A stretch of DNA of 64,000 bases from Phoronis australis (lineage: Eukaryota > Animalia > Phoronida), in NCBI GenBank assembly GCA_002633005.1, contig NMRA01000141.1:483609-547608 (forward strand), given 5' to 3'. Below are positions 1 to 13,806 of the stretch, in pieces. The notes beneath the pieces were generated by a model. The model was not told where the DNA came from. It was given only the letters and a program-made list of their open reading frames with translations, and ran no database searches. Positions within the stretch are counted from its first letter, which is position 1. The number at the start of each line of letters is the position of its first letter. Both the position numbers and the translations under genes were made by a program.

Positions 1-699
1 CCCACCATGTGACGCCTCAACCAGTTTTCTCGTTTCCACATCTCTCTCCTCACTTGGCAACTTGTACAACATGTGGAACTGAGCCTGAAGTTCCGTTACA
101 TCACTGAAAACAATTATCAACTGCAGAACTTTGGTTGTTATTAAAACTCTTAAGGAATCGTTTGCAATTACCATCATCTCATAAATTAACATAATGTACA
201 CCATTGACATAATAATGGTGATGCAAAAAGACAAAATTCATTGCTGTATTGACTCATTTACTTAGCATCTAAACATACATCTGAAAATTTAGCTCTAGGG
301 ACATTGCGTGAAATTATAGGCTCCTTTGATTTACGGTATGGCTTTCAATAATTGAGAATTCAATGTTAATTTTACTTTTGGCATGTATAATAAAGTGGAA
401 CTTGCAAGCTTATTCCTTCTCTGTGATTGCTTGGTCACATCTAGTAGAGTGCATGAAGCACTTATAAGTATTAGACTGATGTCTTCATTCTGTGTTGACA
501 GCTGAGTTTTTAGTATTTTGTTTATTCACCAAAGGCATAAAATTGTTAGTTTAAGCCTGTTATATTTCACAGTTTGCAATTAAATTGTACCTTTAGTCAA
601 ATTTCAAGATTAACTCACAAAAATAAGCAGCGTTTTGGTTACCAATAAAGCTTTGAACTCTCATCTATTCAGTCAGTGGCAATATAGAATGCACACACA

Positions 700-988
700 A
701 AATTTTCTAAGTTCAAAATTCTCACCCAGCGAGATTTTCACTCAGTGAGAATTTCAGTAAAACAAATTCTCACAAATCTGCATAGCATTCCCACTCAGAG
801 AAGCAGTAAGACAAATTCCTACTGAGTGGAAATGCTATGCAAATTAGTTTGATTCTCACTGAATTCTAACTGGAATATCACTGTATTCTCACTAAAGTGA
901 GATTTTTCTCTCGCTAATCTGAATGCCATCTTAATTAGTTAGATTCTCACTGGAATCCAGTGAGATTCTCACTAGCTTTCGGGATGGG
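700..988. repeat. Motif-rich foldback/MITE-like element
   Basis: Many ATTCTCACT/AGTGAGAAT copies in both orientations, plus a hairpin TGCATAGCATTCCCACTCAG...CTGAGTGGAAATGCTATGCA (779-841). Ends in GGGATGGG. Confidence 0.55.
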
Positions 989-1544
989 AATTTAGTCCTT
1001 AAATGAGTTTTTTCATAGGGTTGTGATGTGGTGTTTGAGAATAACACTGCATGATGCAGGCTATGTGAGCCCCCAAGGTAAGTCATTACTGTAAAGGTCA
1101 CCTATTTACAGAATTTTTTTGTTTTCACATTTGCAAGTTGTCAACGAATACAGTTGCACTTTGTTTAGCGTAGATGGTGTTCAAATAACAATTTTGTCGT
1201 TTAATTCCTGCTATGCACTAGCATAGAGGAGCATGCAAATGCATCTTTAAAGCTAAAAACATATAACCTAGGTAGTAGAAGAATTAGGACAATCTGTGTT
1301 TGCACAAAGTCCACAAAGGCACTGAAAATTTAGGGAACCGTCCCTATTGACCCTGTTTCATGCAACTGGCCTCTGTCTGAACTCCTCGAAATTCGACCCT
1401 CATGGATGTTTCAGACTGTTGCATGGCTGCATACCAACAGATATGCCTCTAGAAGCACAGTGCATGAGTCCAGTCCCAAGCCCAACACACCGGCTTCCTG
1501 CGTATATGATCAAGCACAGTATTCCCTCAGTCTAGATCACTTAC

Positions 1545-1679
1545 ACACTTGCCATCAGTGCCTCAAGCTTCTTAGACGCCTCATCAAACTTGCCTTTCGC
1601 AGCCAACAACTGCTGCAGTAACGGCTTGATTTCATCAAGGAGCTGACACTCTGGCTGTACACTATTGGGTTTTTTCTTC
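1545..1679 (-). CDS. Internal exon of an unidentified minus-strand gene (coiled-coil-like peptide)
   Basis: 135 nt bounded by AG and a consensus GTAAGT donor. Only one frame is open: KKKPNSVQPECQLLDEIKPLLQQLLAAKGKFDEASKKLEALMAS. Phase 2 at both ends. A further candidate exon lies at 1-84 (TTCAG acceptor), but its frame is uncertain. Confidence 0.45.
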
Positions 1680-4600
1680 CTTTTTCAACACAAATAATGA
1701 CAAACAAGAAATGCAATGAGTGATGGTCATCTGCACTTTTTTGTGAAAAATCTCATCAACTTAGGACAAAAAGTAATTGCCAAAATTGATTCTTTCAATT
1801 TTCGTAAATCTTTTTCTAACACTGCTGTGAATGCACACAAACTCAGTTCTCAAGACATTGTCTGATCACAATATTAAACTAAAAAATGGTGAAGCATTTA
1901 TCTGGTACTACTTATAATTTATGGAAAAGATGGAAAAATAAAAATTCACTCATCTGTCATATTGTCTGGCTAATTTGGCAAGATTTTACTGTGCACAAAT
2001 TGTATTTTGCTAACCACCAACTAATTGTAAAATAAGCTCTTTTAGAGACTGACACAACTTACTATGACAACTGTGATATTACAAACATGCCGCTAATTGT
2101 AAAGCAATTTCTTAAAGCCTCATTCCGTGCCATCTTTGAAAACCATTTTGCATTTTCAATATGGCAGGGAGTTAAGCATACTTGCACATAATAAAACTAT
2201 GAACCGATGGTCCTACCGGAATATGCACTGCTGCTACCTTGATTTATCCCTTATTTAGAGTTCTCTTATTAACATGACCTAATTAGCGCCGCAGGAGTCA
2301 TTATTATTGACAGAGAGCTTAATTGATAAAACGGAAGTCAGTCTACCGAGACTTTTCATTTCTCCACCATTTTTCACCCTTAAAGTTAACTTTGATCATT
2401 CCATAAGTTTCTCATGCTTGCATATGAACAATTCTGCTGAAACTATAACACAACTAAATCAAGAAGTAGTTGCTTGGTTGTGCCATTTCCTACTTAGAAC
2501 ACAATCATGGCGGACAGGAGAAACTCAGGAAATGAAAACTACTTTATCAGTTCTGTGCCTGCCAGTGCACCATACATGGCTGACATACAACAGAAGCTAA
2601 AGTAAATGTCCTCTTATCTGGTGATCTTACCACTTGTTAACTTCATCTCTAATTATGTTACTTTTATGTTCTAAGGTGTTCGTCCATCCGTCTAATTTTC
2701 GGTTTTCTGTCCACAGTTCAGCTGCTCCGTCCTAAGGAAAAATCACAAGAGGGATTTCAATTCAGTCAATTCTAATAAACTCTCAATTCACATTAATTAA
2801 ATATGGAGATGGTGTTTATACCAGGCTTGTTAAATGCAAACAATGATGCCCAATAGACTGGGTGTTAAATTTCGAGCGTGACGGACGTACAATCAGAAAA
2901 CATTTTGATCAATTGTGAAAAAACTGAACAGCATCCTAGGAAAATGATTAATACATCAATTAGGTCTCATTGATAGCTTTTTCAAAGCGTGTATCAACCT
3001 TTCTCCTATCCTTTTATCTGAGAAAATTTGCCTTTAAAGGGGTGTGACGGAGATACGCAGTTTGAAATTTTGAACAAAAATGTATTTTTAACGTTAATTT
3101 TCTGTGAGTTGCATTTGGTTACTATTTTTTGTTTCATGATGATTTAGTTTGCAACATACAAAACACTAAATTTTTTGATAATCTAAAAAAAATACCCACA
3201 GCTCGATGCGAGTTGGTACGTGTGTATCGGACGTACGTGACAGACGTACGTACCCTCTGAATTTCTAGTCTGTTAATTGACCAAGATATCAATTCAGAAT
3301 GATTCAAACTTTTGCAGTTTTGCAGTTTGTAAGCTATATTGGTCCACTGATTCGATATTTTTAATCAAAATGTACCGATTGACCTTTTGCACGAAATCAT
3401 AACTGGTAGGCCTTTGATGCTGGGAATGTACTTAGTAGGACTTCAGTATCTTCTTATAACAAAGTGTGAAGCCTGGTTTAATTGACAGTATCGACTTATG
3501 GCATTTATACTTTGATTAAAAAAAAAACAGTGCTGTCTTCCACTGTGAAAACGGGACATTTAAAATTCAATGCATTTAGAATTATGATTTGGAAAAATGT
3601 AGATCTCAACTTATGACTGTTGGTCTCTATATTTAGGGATTAGTATGATTAGGTTTTCATCCCTTCTTTTCAATTTTAAAAAGAGGCTTTGACTAATGTC
3701 ACATCACGGTTCTGACACAGGTGCAATTGTGAATTTCTTGATCCACGATAGCATTTTTTACAAGATTCAGAGAACATATTTTATTCCATCAGATATTTAT
3801 TTTTCTCCCACTTGCATCTGTTCTTCCTATGGTCTCCAACAATATTCTCTTTCAAGTTCATTTCTAAACATCGGTTTATTATCTCTTCGAGGCTGAGCAG
3901 AAAAAATTGGTCTAACTCTTAAAAAGATAGCAAGATCAAAAATATGTAAGATGAGAAGGAGTATTTGCTATGAAATCATTTCATACAAGCCACCGAAGAC
4001 ACTAAAAAAACAAAAAGAGTGACTATAGTCAGTGAGGCTGTGACAAAAATGCTCAATAAAGCAGGTGACAGGCTACTACCGCTTAAAAATGCCCAGTACC
4101 AGCTTTTTTACCATAAAACATAGCATAAGTGGCAGGTCAGAGCAGAAATGACTCGTTGATTCCAGAGCAATAGTTATGCTTGACATATATTCCTTTAGGT
4201 CTCTTGTTATTTATACTCTGGAGCACCTTAGGAATTGTTTTAAATGAATATTTATGCGTCTTGAATTTTCCAAAAGCTATGCACACGAGGCAGCAACAGA
4301 AAAACAATATGATCATTAAATGAACATTTTGTTTCATTTACATTTTGTAATGTGGTCCAAGTTTCTGATTTTAATAAGTTGAATTCTACTAAGAATAACT
4401 AGACGACATTGGAACTATAACTTTTGTGCAAATACTTTTGAGATTGCAAAAAACAATGCATCAAGTTCAGTTAAATCTGTAGCCTTGAAGTTTTATTATT
4501 TAATTTTAAAGCTGTCTTTGTAATATTTAATTGTTTCAAGGTTCTCAGATGTGAGATAGGCCTACATTTTATCTTCAGCAAGTTTTGAAAGTAAAAATAA

Positions 4601-4757
4601 GACCTAAGGTTATTTTTATTGGCTGAAAAATTGTAACTTCATGACAGTGAGAACATATGCGATTTTGGGCTAGATTTTAGCGTAGCCGGTCCCACCGTTA
4701 TTGTTCGAACTGTGTCCTGCACTAGTAGTACCAAGGAGCGCACTACACTCCTTAGTA

Positions 4758-4806
4758 CATGGGCGGCGCACCATAAGGGGCTTTTTTCAGTGCTGCGCCG
4801 CCCACG
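4758..4806. mobile_element. Minimal monomer of the CATGGGCGGCGC MITE family
   Basis: CATGGGCGGCGCA...TGCGCCGCCCACG inverted termini around ~25 nt. Same termini as the dimeric copies at 20834, 23163, 23973 and 52187. Confidence 0.6.
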
Positions 4807-4965
4807 TGTTGTGGTAGTAGGCCTACGTGATGTCTGACGATTGTGACACGGGCGTCGGTGACGCCTGACGGGCGACATCGGGTCCGAGCCGACACACGAG
4901 TTGTATCACCAACAGCATCATATTTTACGACGTAAATGTAAGCAAATGCTAAGAAACCAATTTAC

Positions 4966-5052
4966 GTCTAGATCAGATTCCTTAAAATTGATCAACACAT
5001 CAGAAGGGTTTTCCTCTTCCTCTGGCCTATTGTGCTTATTTCGTCTGCTCAT
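4966..5052 (-). CDS. Probable first coding exon of the unidentified gene divergent from LSM12
   Basis: AAA-ATG start, open 29 codons (MSRRNKHNRPEEEENPSDVLINFKESDLD), then a GTAAAT donor. Lies 424 nt from the LSM12 ATG in head-to-head orientation. Linking exon(s) to 1679 were not resolved. Confidence 0.4.
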
Positions 5053-5899
<847 letters not shown>

Positions 5900-6023
5900 T
5901 GAAAACAATCTAATAAACATCATTTTCTCGCGTAGTTCTCCGCCTTTTCTAACCAAGAAAAGTTATGTCGTCATTTTGAAAACAGTACGCTCGTGACACG
6001 CGCATGCACCATTTCCTAATAAG

Positions 6024-6379
6024 CAGGGCTCGACGCTATTAAAATCGCCAGGTCGCATTTTGCGACCTAGCCAAAATCCCAGGTCGCATTTTCAAAATCC
6101 AGCTCGCATTCGTAAATGCCAGGTCGCAAAATTCTCCCGCCATTTTTACGCACCAAAATAGATGTTTTAGATCATCGAGAAAATGTTTAGATTATGCTTT
6201 TACATGCAGCGTTAAATACTCACAAATTTCGGATCTCAAAATTGACTTCCGAAGTCATGCAGGTACGGCCTTACTGTTCTTCACGACCGCCATTGAAAGA
6301 CTCTAGAGCGCAAGGCAAGTTGCTGACGTGAAAGTTGAATCAGTGCTCTCTAACTGACTTGTGCATTCGAGTAGCTAAA
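6024..6379. mobile_element. End of a hAT-like DNA transposon running into the assembly gap
   Basis: CAGGGCTCGAC terminus followed by repeated subterminal CAGGTCGCA motifs in both orientations. Confidence 0.45.
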
Positions 6380-6939
6380 NNNNNNNNNNNNNNNNNNNNN
6401 NNNNNNNNNNNNNNNNNNNNNNNNNNNNNNNNNNNNNNNNNNNNNNNNNNNNNNNNNNNNNNNNNNNNNNNNNNNNNNNNNNNNNNNNNNNNNNNNNNNN
6501 NNNNNNNNNNNNNNNNNNNNNNNNNNNNNNNNNNNNNNNNNNNNNNNNNNNNNNNNNNNNNNNNNNNNNNNNNNNNNNNNNNNNNNNNNNNNNNNNNNNN
6601 NNNNNNNNNNNNNNNNNNNNNNNNNNNNNNNNNNNNNNNNNNNNNNNNNNNNNNNNNNNNNNNNNNNNNNNNNNNNNNNNNNNNNNNNNNNNNNNNNNNN
6701 NNNNNNNNNNNNNNNNNCGGGTGGTTGCATTTCAAACTTATAAAAAATTACGGGTGGTAGGCTGAAGAAATAAATGAAAAATATGGGTGGTGGGTGCGAA
6801 AAAAAGGTGCCTTCCCCCCCTCCCATACAGATTTTACTGGAACAGCCCTGACCTAAAGTCATGAATATAAGCATAAAAAGCAGTAGGCAATTACATCACC
6901 CTGGATGCCCACAAAAAGTTACGAATTTCAAAATACAGG

Positions 6940-7555
6940 AAATAAAATCAAATGAAACATGCCTATGTGCACATGGAGTTATAATTAACACATGTACCAT
7001 AAGTCTGGAGATGATTCAGTCAAAATAATTTGAAGAAATCGAAAAAAATCTGTCGCGGTTGCTCGAGTTTCTCTTACCAAGTGCCATTTTGAGGAAGTTT
7101 CGTGAAATCATGCATGTTGACGAATAAAAAGTCTAAGGGACACAAATCTTACAAATTTCACCTGATACCTTCCTATGCTATTTTGCAAGTGTCACGCCGG
7201 CCACTGCCACGCACTTCGCTCAGTCTCGCGCTAGCCTTTACCTAACTCATGTGACTCAGTTGAAATACTTTGTGGTTGTCGCGGGCGTGGTGAAAAAATT
7301 AACGATGACCCAAAAGTGGAGTAGGAATTCTTCGCCAAAGTTACCTTAATTGTCGTAGACTCATAGCTATACTTCATCAAAGATATGTGTAGAAGTAGAA
7401 AGGAACAGTTCAACACTGAAGAAAGTAAGCGCTTTTTAAGTCATAGTTTTAAGTGTAGAATGTATTTTTGACGAAGTGAAAACTCTCAATCGGTGACCGG
7501 ATTTGGCCTACTGCCCGTTTGAAATACACGGGATGAAATTCGTATAGAAGGCGAT
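6940..7555 (+). repeat. Interspersed repeat A in LSM12 intron 1 (inverted copy at 13228-13806)
   Basis: AAATAAAATCAAATGAAACATGC...GAAGAAAGTAAGCGC...GCCCGTTTGAAATACAC aligns colinearly with the reverse complement of 13228-13806. Confidence 0.85.
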
Positions 7556-8009
7556 GTGAAGTATTGTAGCCCCTAACCAGCTAACCAAGGGGCTATGTGT
7601 TGCCTAAAAAGCGGCTGATTGTCATACTACCGGTGCCGATTTGCTGCCAAACACACCGCAGTCACACGGCCGGGTAGTCACACGGCAATTGCTCACTTCA
7701 GACTGATACTTTGCGAAAAAGATGAGACATTTGTTGATCGTTTTTTCCTCTAATTTATTATCCAAACGGGTACTGTTGCTAAGTTTGACCTACCCTCGCG
7801 ATCAGTCAGGGTTGACCTGGCTTAGTAGACAAGTGTTGGCTGCGCTAGATGCGACGTACTTCAAAAGTGATGATTATGCATTAAATACCATTCGTCTATG
7901 CAAAACACAGGTAAAATTTGGACAATATATAATCAAGTTTGTATATAAAGAACCAAAATGAGAATCAAAAACAACCAAACAAAGTAACAACGCGTTTACG
8001 CTCATGGTG

Positions 8010-8349
8010 AGAGACATAGTTCCCTCGAAAATACCGTAATCAAAATGTTGAAAAAGACCAAATATGAATAGGAATGGAGGAACAATGTTTTGAAATCTCT
8101 GTTCAAAGTCAAACTCGTGAAAAAAAGAAAAAGTAGTATAAAGCAGAATTCATAAATTTTGTTAGCAAATTTATTCGCCTTTCACAAAATATGTACTTTG
8201 TAGGGGTTAGAGCTAATGGAATTTAAGGTATTTTCACATAAGTACAACTTGGTAAACAAGGTTCACTGCTACCTTAAGAACCTAAGTTTACTCTGTTACA
8301 AAGTTTTCGACAGGCAAGATGGAATAACGTGAAACTGTTTAAATGACAG
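8010..8349 (+). repeat. Interspersed repeat B in LSM12 intron 1 (inverted copy at 15256-15592)
   Basis: GGTTAGAGCTAATGGAATTTAAGGT...GACAGGCAAGATGGA...AAACTGTTTAAATGACA matches the reverse complement of 15256-15592 and, directly, part of 15735-15825. Confidence 0.85.
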
Positions 8350-8481
8350 CTATGGTGTTCAACTTGAGAGTGACAAAGCATCGTGAAAGTTTCACTTGTG
8401 TGTGTCACGTTCGGTGCATCCTAAATCGGCGAGATTTTGCCTTACTCTCAGAAATGGACCGCTTCCTTAACCTGCGCTCAG

Positions 8482-8615
8482 AATCACCATCAACCACTGG
8501 GAAGCCCAACACACACGACGTTCGGCTCGTCAACCTAACCATGGTCTCTCATGTCGATGTAGACAGGGAGGAGACATCCACGCCACCACCCCTTGCAAGT
8601 CTCCAAATTCAAAAG
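8482..8615 (+). CDS. LSM12: LSM12 exon 2
   Basis: (K)SPSTTGKPNTHDVRLVNLTMVSHVDVDREETSTPPPLASLQIQK, then a GTAAGC donor. 134 nt, phase 1 to 0. Confidence 0.95.
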
Positions 8616-9585
8616 GTAAGCGCCTTGTCTAGTAGATAAGAGAAATCCACAGCGATTGCCGTTCCATTCCAGGTGATATTGTAAATTTTTCTGCATGCCA
8701 CGTATTGCATGAATGGCAACCTATTATATGTTAATTTTCAAAGCAAAACAAACTCTTGGTGAACATTCATTAGGAAATAAAGGATTTGGGCACACGATGA
8801 TGTATTTTTAACACTGAGAGTAAACTTGGCGATGAAATTTTGAACCTAATCCTTGTTTCAATTGTAGAAGTTAATGTTTTGTAGGACCTTATTGGCAACT
8901 GTTTGCATTCACCCAAATATCTAAAAGATATATTGCATTGAACTTGGTAGAAGTACATACACATTTTGTGAAAGAAGAAAGCCTAGGGTTTAGATTTGAC
9001 TCTGATGTTGCAAATCTAGCCAAATTTGGAATTTTTCCATGGTTCCACGTAACCTTGATGTCCACTAGACTAAAACTCTGTTGAGGACCAAAAATGCTAG
9101 GCTATAAGGATGGAGTTATCAGTTTGTAACCTTTTTAGTAGACTTAGGTGTAGCTCCTAATCAGAAGCCAAGTAGTGCATTATTGAAATGTGACACTTTT
9201 GTGCTCGAAAGAAGTCTCTGTGTTCTCTTTCAGAAAGGTTAGAACAACGCACCAAACGAAATGTGCATCTTGATTGGCCAATATGTCTCAAAGATAACTA
9301 CAGTCCACTTAAATGCACTTTGTTTCAAATGTAATTGAACTGTGTTTTGTCAAATATTGATCGACTTCTGTTCGGCAATAGACTTGTTTTGCTTGCCAGT
9401 CCTTGTTTTAATTTCTCATTGAGCACTTGCGCAATGACACCGTGCCACCAAGAGTAACTCGCATGTGCACCTGTCCTGAGCTGCTTCCAAAGTGCAGGTT
9501 CATTGGCCTGCAACTGGTTTGAAGTTCTACTTTACCAAGCTGGGCAGTAAGCGGAGTGCTATTAAACTGAATGTTGACTTTCCAG

Positions 9586-9695
9586 TTACAGCAAAGATTT
9601 AACAGTAATAAAGAAGAAAAACAGAAACAAGCTGCCTATGTGGGTACAAACGTGCCACCAGAGGGCCAGCAGTTGGTCAATTTTATATCAAAGAC
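9586..9695 (+). CDS. LSM12: LSM12 exon 3
   Basis: TTTCCAG acceptor; LQQRFNSNKEEKQKQAAYVGTNVPPEGQQLVNFISK(T); GTAAGT donor. Phase 0 to 2. Missed by the ORF track. Confidence 0.93.
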
Positions 9696-10041
9696 GTAAG
9701 TGGCTATTTAACACTCGTATCCTAGTTGCTGGTTTTGTAATCCCCACTTAAAAATGGCTGTGCGGGAATGTTCGTAATGGTTATGAAGGACCTGAGGGCC
9801 AGATGTCCGCAAATTTTTTGAAATTCACTCAGTCTGTAAAACTATTCTAAAAGAAGGAAGCCTGTAGACTTTGAGTTTTAACTTTACACCAGTGTGTCAT
9901 CAATAGGGTCATGTGACAATGTCGTGTTAGTAAAGTTTGAATAAAAAGGGAAGGTACGCTTATAGCAAAACAACAGTATCGATGAAATGATGTATATGTT
10001 CAAAATGAAAGCTCAAAAATGCTATTACAGTGGCCATTTAG

Positions 10042-10900
10042 TTTTTATGCGCCCACATATTTATACGTGGTCGCATATTGCTGTCATCTCTGTCTGTCCG
10101 GGCGTTCGCAGCTGTATCTCCTAAACCCCTCGCAGGATCTTAATGAGATTTGGCAGTTGTGTTCCTATGTAGCTGACGACAGATGACGACGAATTTCGGA
10201 CCTCTCCGACTACCGGTGTGCCCCCTAGTGGCAATTTTATTTTTTACGCTTACCTCTGTATCTTCGGAAGTCCTCAACGTAGTATCATAAAATTTGGAAT
10301 ATAGGCATCTGTTAGTGAAATGAAACTATCCTCTTGTTTTTGGATGGATTCGACGTAGTTTGTGCCACCTAGTGGCTATTTTTACTGTTTTCGAGTCTCT
10401 GTTTGGCGTCCACCCTTCTATCAACCAAACCGCTCTAAGGATGATTGTGAAAATTGGCATGTATGTTCTTACTATGAAGAGGATGGCTGATAATGATTTT
10501 CCGACGACTCTGACTACTATGGCGCCCCCTAGGGGCAGTTTTGTGTTTTTTGCGCCCATGACTGTAACAACCAAACCATTCTAAGGATGATTTTGGAAAT
10601 TGGCGTGTACTCAATGTGCAGAGGACGGTTACGCTGACAACTTCAGTTTCTGTAGCACCTTCTAGTGGTGGTTTTATTTTGTTTTGCGGCCATAGCTGTA
10701 TCTCCTAAACCCATTGCAGGATCTTTATTAAATTTAGTAAGTGATTTATATGAAGATAACTGACGACGACTTTCAGGCGCATGGAACGGATGCTGTGCCC
10801 ACAAGTGGCAATTTCATTTTGGTATGTTTTCCTTTGTTTCTATGAAGTTCCTTGACAGATTTTTATGAAATATGGCATGTTCCCGTTTTTGGATGCACAC
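10042..10900 (+). mobile_element. HINE/DINE-1-like (Helentron-derived) non-autonomous repeat
   Basis: T-run + ATGCGCCCAC...GTGGTCGCAT hairpin, TCTGTCTGTCC microsatellite, then diverged tandem core units (GCTGTATCTCCTAAACC...AAATTTGGC...CCTAGTGGC). The family assignment is inferred from this architecture. Confidence 0.55.
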
Positions 10901-11309
10901 CATTTGCGATGCATTCGCGGAGGCATTTCAAGGCTCCGCGTTGCTCTTGTTTGATGTAGTGATGACATGGTGGAATACGCGCCATGTCGCTAGGTTGTTC
11001 TAGGCTGGTTGGTGGACAGCGTTCTGCTTTATTTCCCACTGTTTTTGTCATAAATTCTTTGCCACCACCATGCCATTAAATTGTCACTTCTGTTCAGTGG
11101 AATATTCAAATAATGCTCGCGGAATGTGCACTCTGCCCTTGTCATCTCATCCTGCATTTCACACCAGAATTAGAAATTCAGTCAAGTAAAAAACGCTGTC
11201 GTGCTCTCACAGTGTTAAAGAGGTGTATATAGATGGCTTCCTAGTTTGGCCATTTTTGTCTCTGCCTTAGTGTGTTTTGTGCTCATGTAGAATTTTTTAA
11301 TTTCTTCAG

Positions 11310-11433
11310 AATAGCGGATGTGAGATGGGAAGACGACACCATTGTGGTGATGGACGCTGTGAGAATAACGCAGCCGTATGGCCCAGAAAACTGCAAAGGG
11401 GCAGACAAAGCTCTAATACACGTTACCAAATTA
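11310..11433 (+). CDS. LSM12: LSM12 exon 4 (AD domain)
   Basis: TTTCTTCAG acceptor; IADVRWEDDTIVVMDAVRITQPYGPENCKGADKALIHVTKL; GTAAGT donor. Phase 2 to 0. Confidence 0.95.
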
Positions 11434-13227
11434 GTAAGTGGGGTCACAAGCTTGACTACTTCCAAGCATAATTTTACCATGTAGATGGCAATTCAGCACA
11501 TTTCACTGGATACAAGTGGTATTTCACTGCATTTCAGACATATTTATAAGAAAATGAATTAAATAAACACTGTGGAAGTGTACAAGTAGCAGTTTTATAC
11601 TGTTATTCTTAATCTCTGTTTTTGTTAAAGTAGTGTTCTTAAGATTTCCTTCTTTATTTAAAAAGCAATGTTCAAAAATCTTGGAATGAGAGCAAATAAG
11701 GTCTTGTTCCACTTACTGACTGGCAAGTTCATAGCCTTGGTTTAAGAACTTTATAATAGCTACTGGCATCATTTCCAGACCTGTCCCAGAGTGATGGCAG
11801 GGACAATGGGTGACTCGTACGCAGCACCCATTGGCCCACCACACACATCAGTACTCAGTGTCCCATTCAATTAGTTGTCTGGGCTTCATGTCACAGAACT
11901 GGACGCCGTTGTCTATTTCTGGAAGATTTTGGAAAATATGTTTTTCACATATTCACTCAATACATGTTTTTAGGTTTTTTAAAGTTGCCGAGTTGGAAAG
12001 AATTATATGGCTGCACCTCTAGATTCCAGCTATGACCTTATGAACCACAGTCCCAGAATTCACCGAATGCGTGTAGAAAAGTCAGACCTATGCCACTGTC
12101 TGCTGGTCCTGTACGGGGGGTTTGAAAATGGTAGCTAAGTTACAGGCGCATCCGTGGAATCATTTCCAACCCCTGAAAATTGATATCTCTTAAGGGGTTG
12201 TTGGACAATCCTTTTATATTCTTGTTACTTTACAAAATGAAACTACTGTCTGAAGAGATATTTCAGACGACTGCTCATTTGTTGATTGGTTTCTTAGGCT
12301 TTAGCTTTGGCGTCCTTGGAGTAGTCCTTCTGAAATTGGAATAGAGCTTGCCAACAGCTACAGAAAATGTTGGAAAAGTTTCTCGTTCCAAACTACCATT
12401 CTCGAGTTGGTCATGATTTACTGATGATCAAGGTTTGACGCTGGACTTCAGGGCAATCCTCCGTCTCATGGATTCTGTACTTTTCCTGTAATTCGCACAA
12501 CCGATGGACGTGGAATTTATACGCAACGTGTAACTCATCACCAGCTTGAGGCCTTTTGATGTTTGATGGTGCTTTGACAGCCATTTTTCGCTTGCACAGC
12601 TAGAGCTTCGCTGTTTTTCTTGTAAGAAATTCTTGGGAAATTTGGTATGTAGATAGATATTGTCAAAGGCTATCTGTAGTATGTTATCTGTATTGTGCGT
12701 GGACTTGCACATTTTCGAGTTATTCGGAGTTTTGTTTATCGCTTTCTTGTACCACAGCTTTGGTATCCTTCGGCAGTTCTTTCAAAGACTTGGTTTGTGA
12801 AAGGTTTACTGTGACTTACTGTTCTTGATATATTGGAGGTTTACTAATGACACGGGTACATCAGTAGGCATGTAGTAGTTGTCTCAGGGTTGAAGAACAG
12901 AGCCAGTTCTAGACCTTTCCTTCTTGTTTGTGTGATATGTACCATATTTTCGTTTGCACTTCATCTGTGACTTTTAATTATCTCAGGAACCACTGCTGCA
13001 TTTAATAGTCCTTTTGCGAGTTTATAACAATAACGCGAGATTATGCGAGACTTAACTTTGACGTTACGGGAAGTTGGGCAAAAGCTTGTCGTTTAGCCAT
13101 TTGCCCAATACGGTAGCAGAGTGTATTCTGTTGTTTAATTCGAGCTTTTAACCGTTTAGTTCGAAAAATGCCAAACAAGCATGGCTGTTATGACAAATGA
13201 AATTCAGATTCGCACTAGAATACGTTC

Positions 13228-13806
13228 TATCGCGTTCTGTACAAATTTCGTCCTGTGTATTTTAAACGGGCTTTAGGCGAAATCCGCCCACTGGTTAAGT
13301 TTTCACCTCGTCAAAAATGCATTCTACACCTAAAATTATCACCTAAAAAGGCGCTTACTTTCTTCAGTGATCCTTTCTGCTTCTAAACATATCTGCGATG
13401 AAGCATACCTACGGGAATTCAAGTGACTTTGGCGAAGAATTCCAACTCCACTTTGTGGTTATTGTTAACTTTGACCGCGCGCGCGATAACCACGAAGTAT
13501 TTTAACTGAGTCAGGCTAGCGCAAGACTGAGCTAAGCATGTGACCTGGCACGTGAAACTTGCAAAATAACATGAGAAAATATCAAGTGCAATTTGTAAGA
13601 TTTGTGTCCCTTGGACTTTTTGTTCATCAGCAGGCGGGATTTCACGTAACATCCTCAAAATGGCGCCCGGTGAGAGAAACTCGAGTGAACCGCGAAGTTT
13701 TCATGGATATGTTCAAATTATTTGTAGACTAAATTGTATCCAGAGTCCGGGTATGTGTTAATTATAACTCATTGTGCACATATGCATGTTTCATTTGATT
13801 TTATTT
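13228..13806 (-). repeat. Interspersed repeat A' in LSM12 intron 4
   Basis: Reverse-complement copy of 6940-7555. Confidence 0.85.

Noticed and set aside
6335-6874. Long ORFs across the first N run
   Set aside because: Artefacts of the assembly gap 6380-6717.
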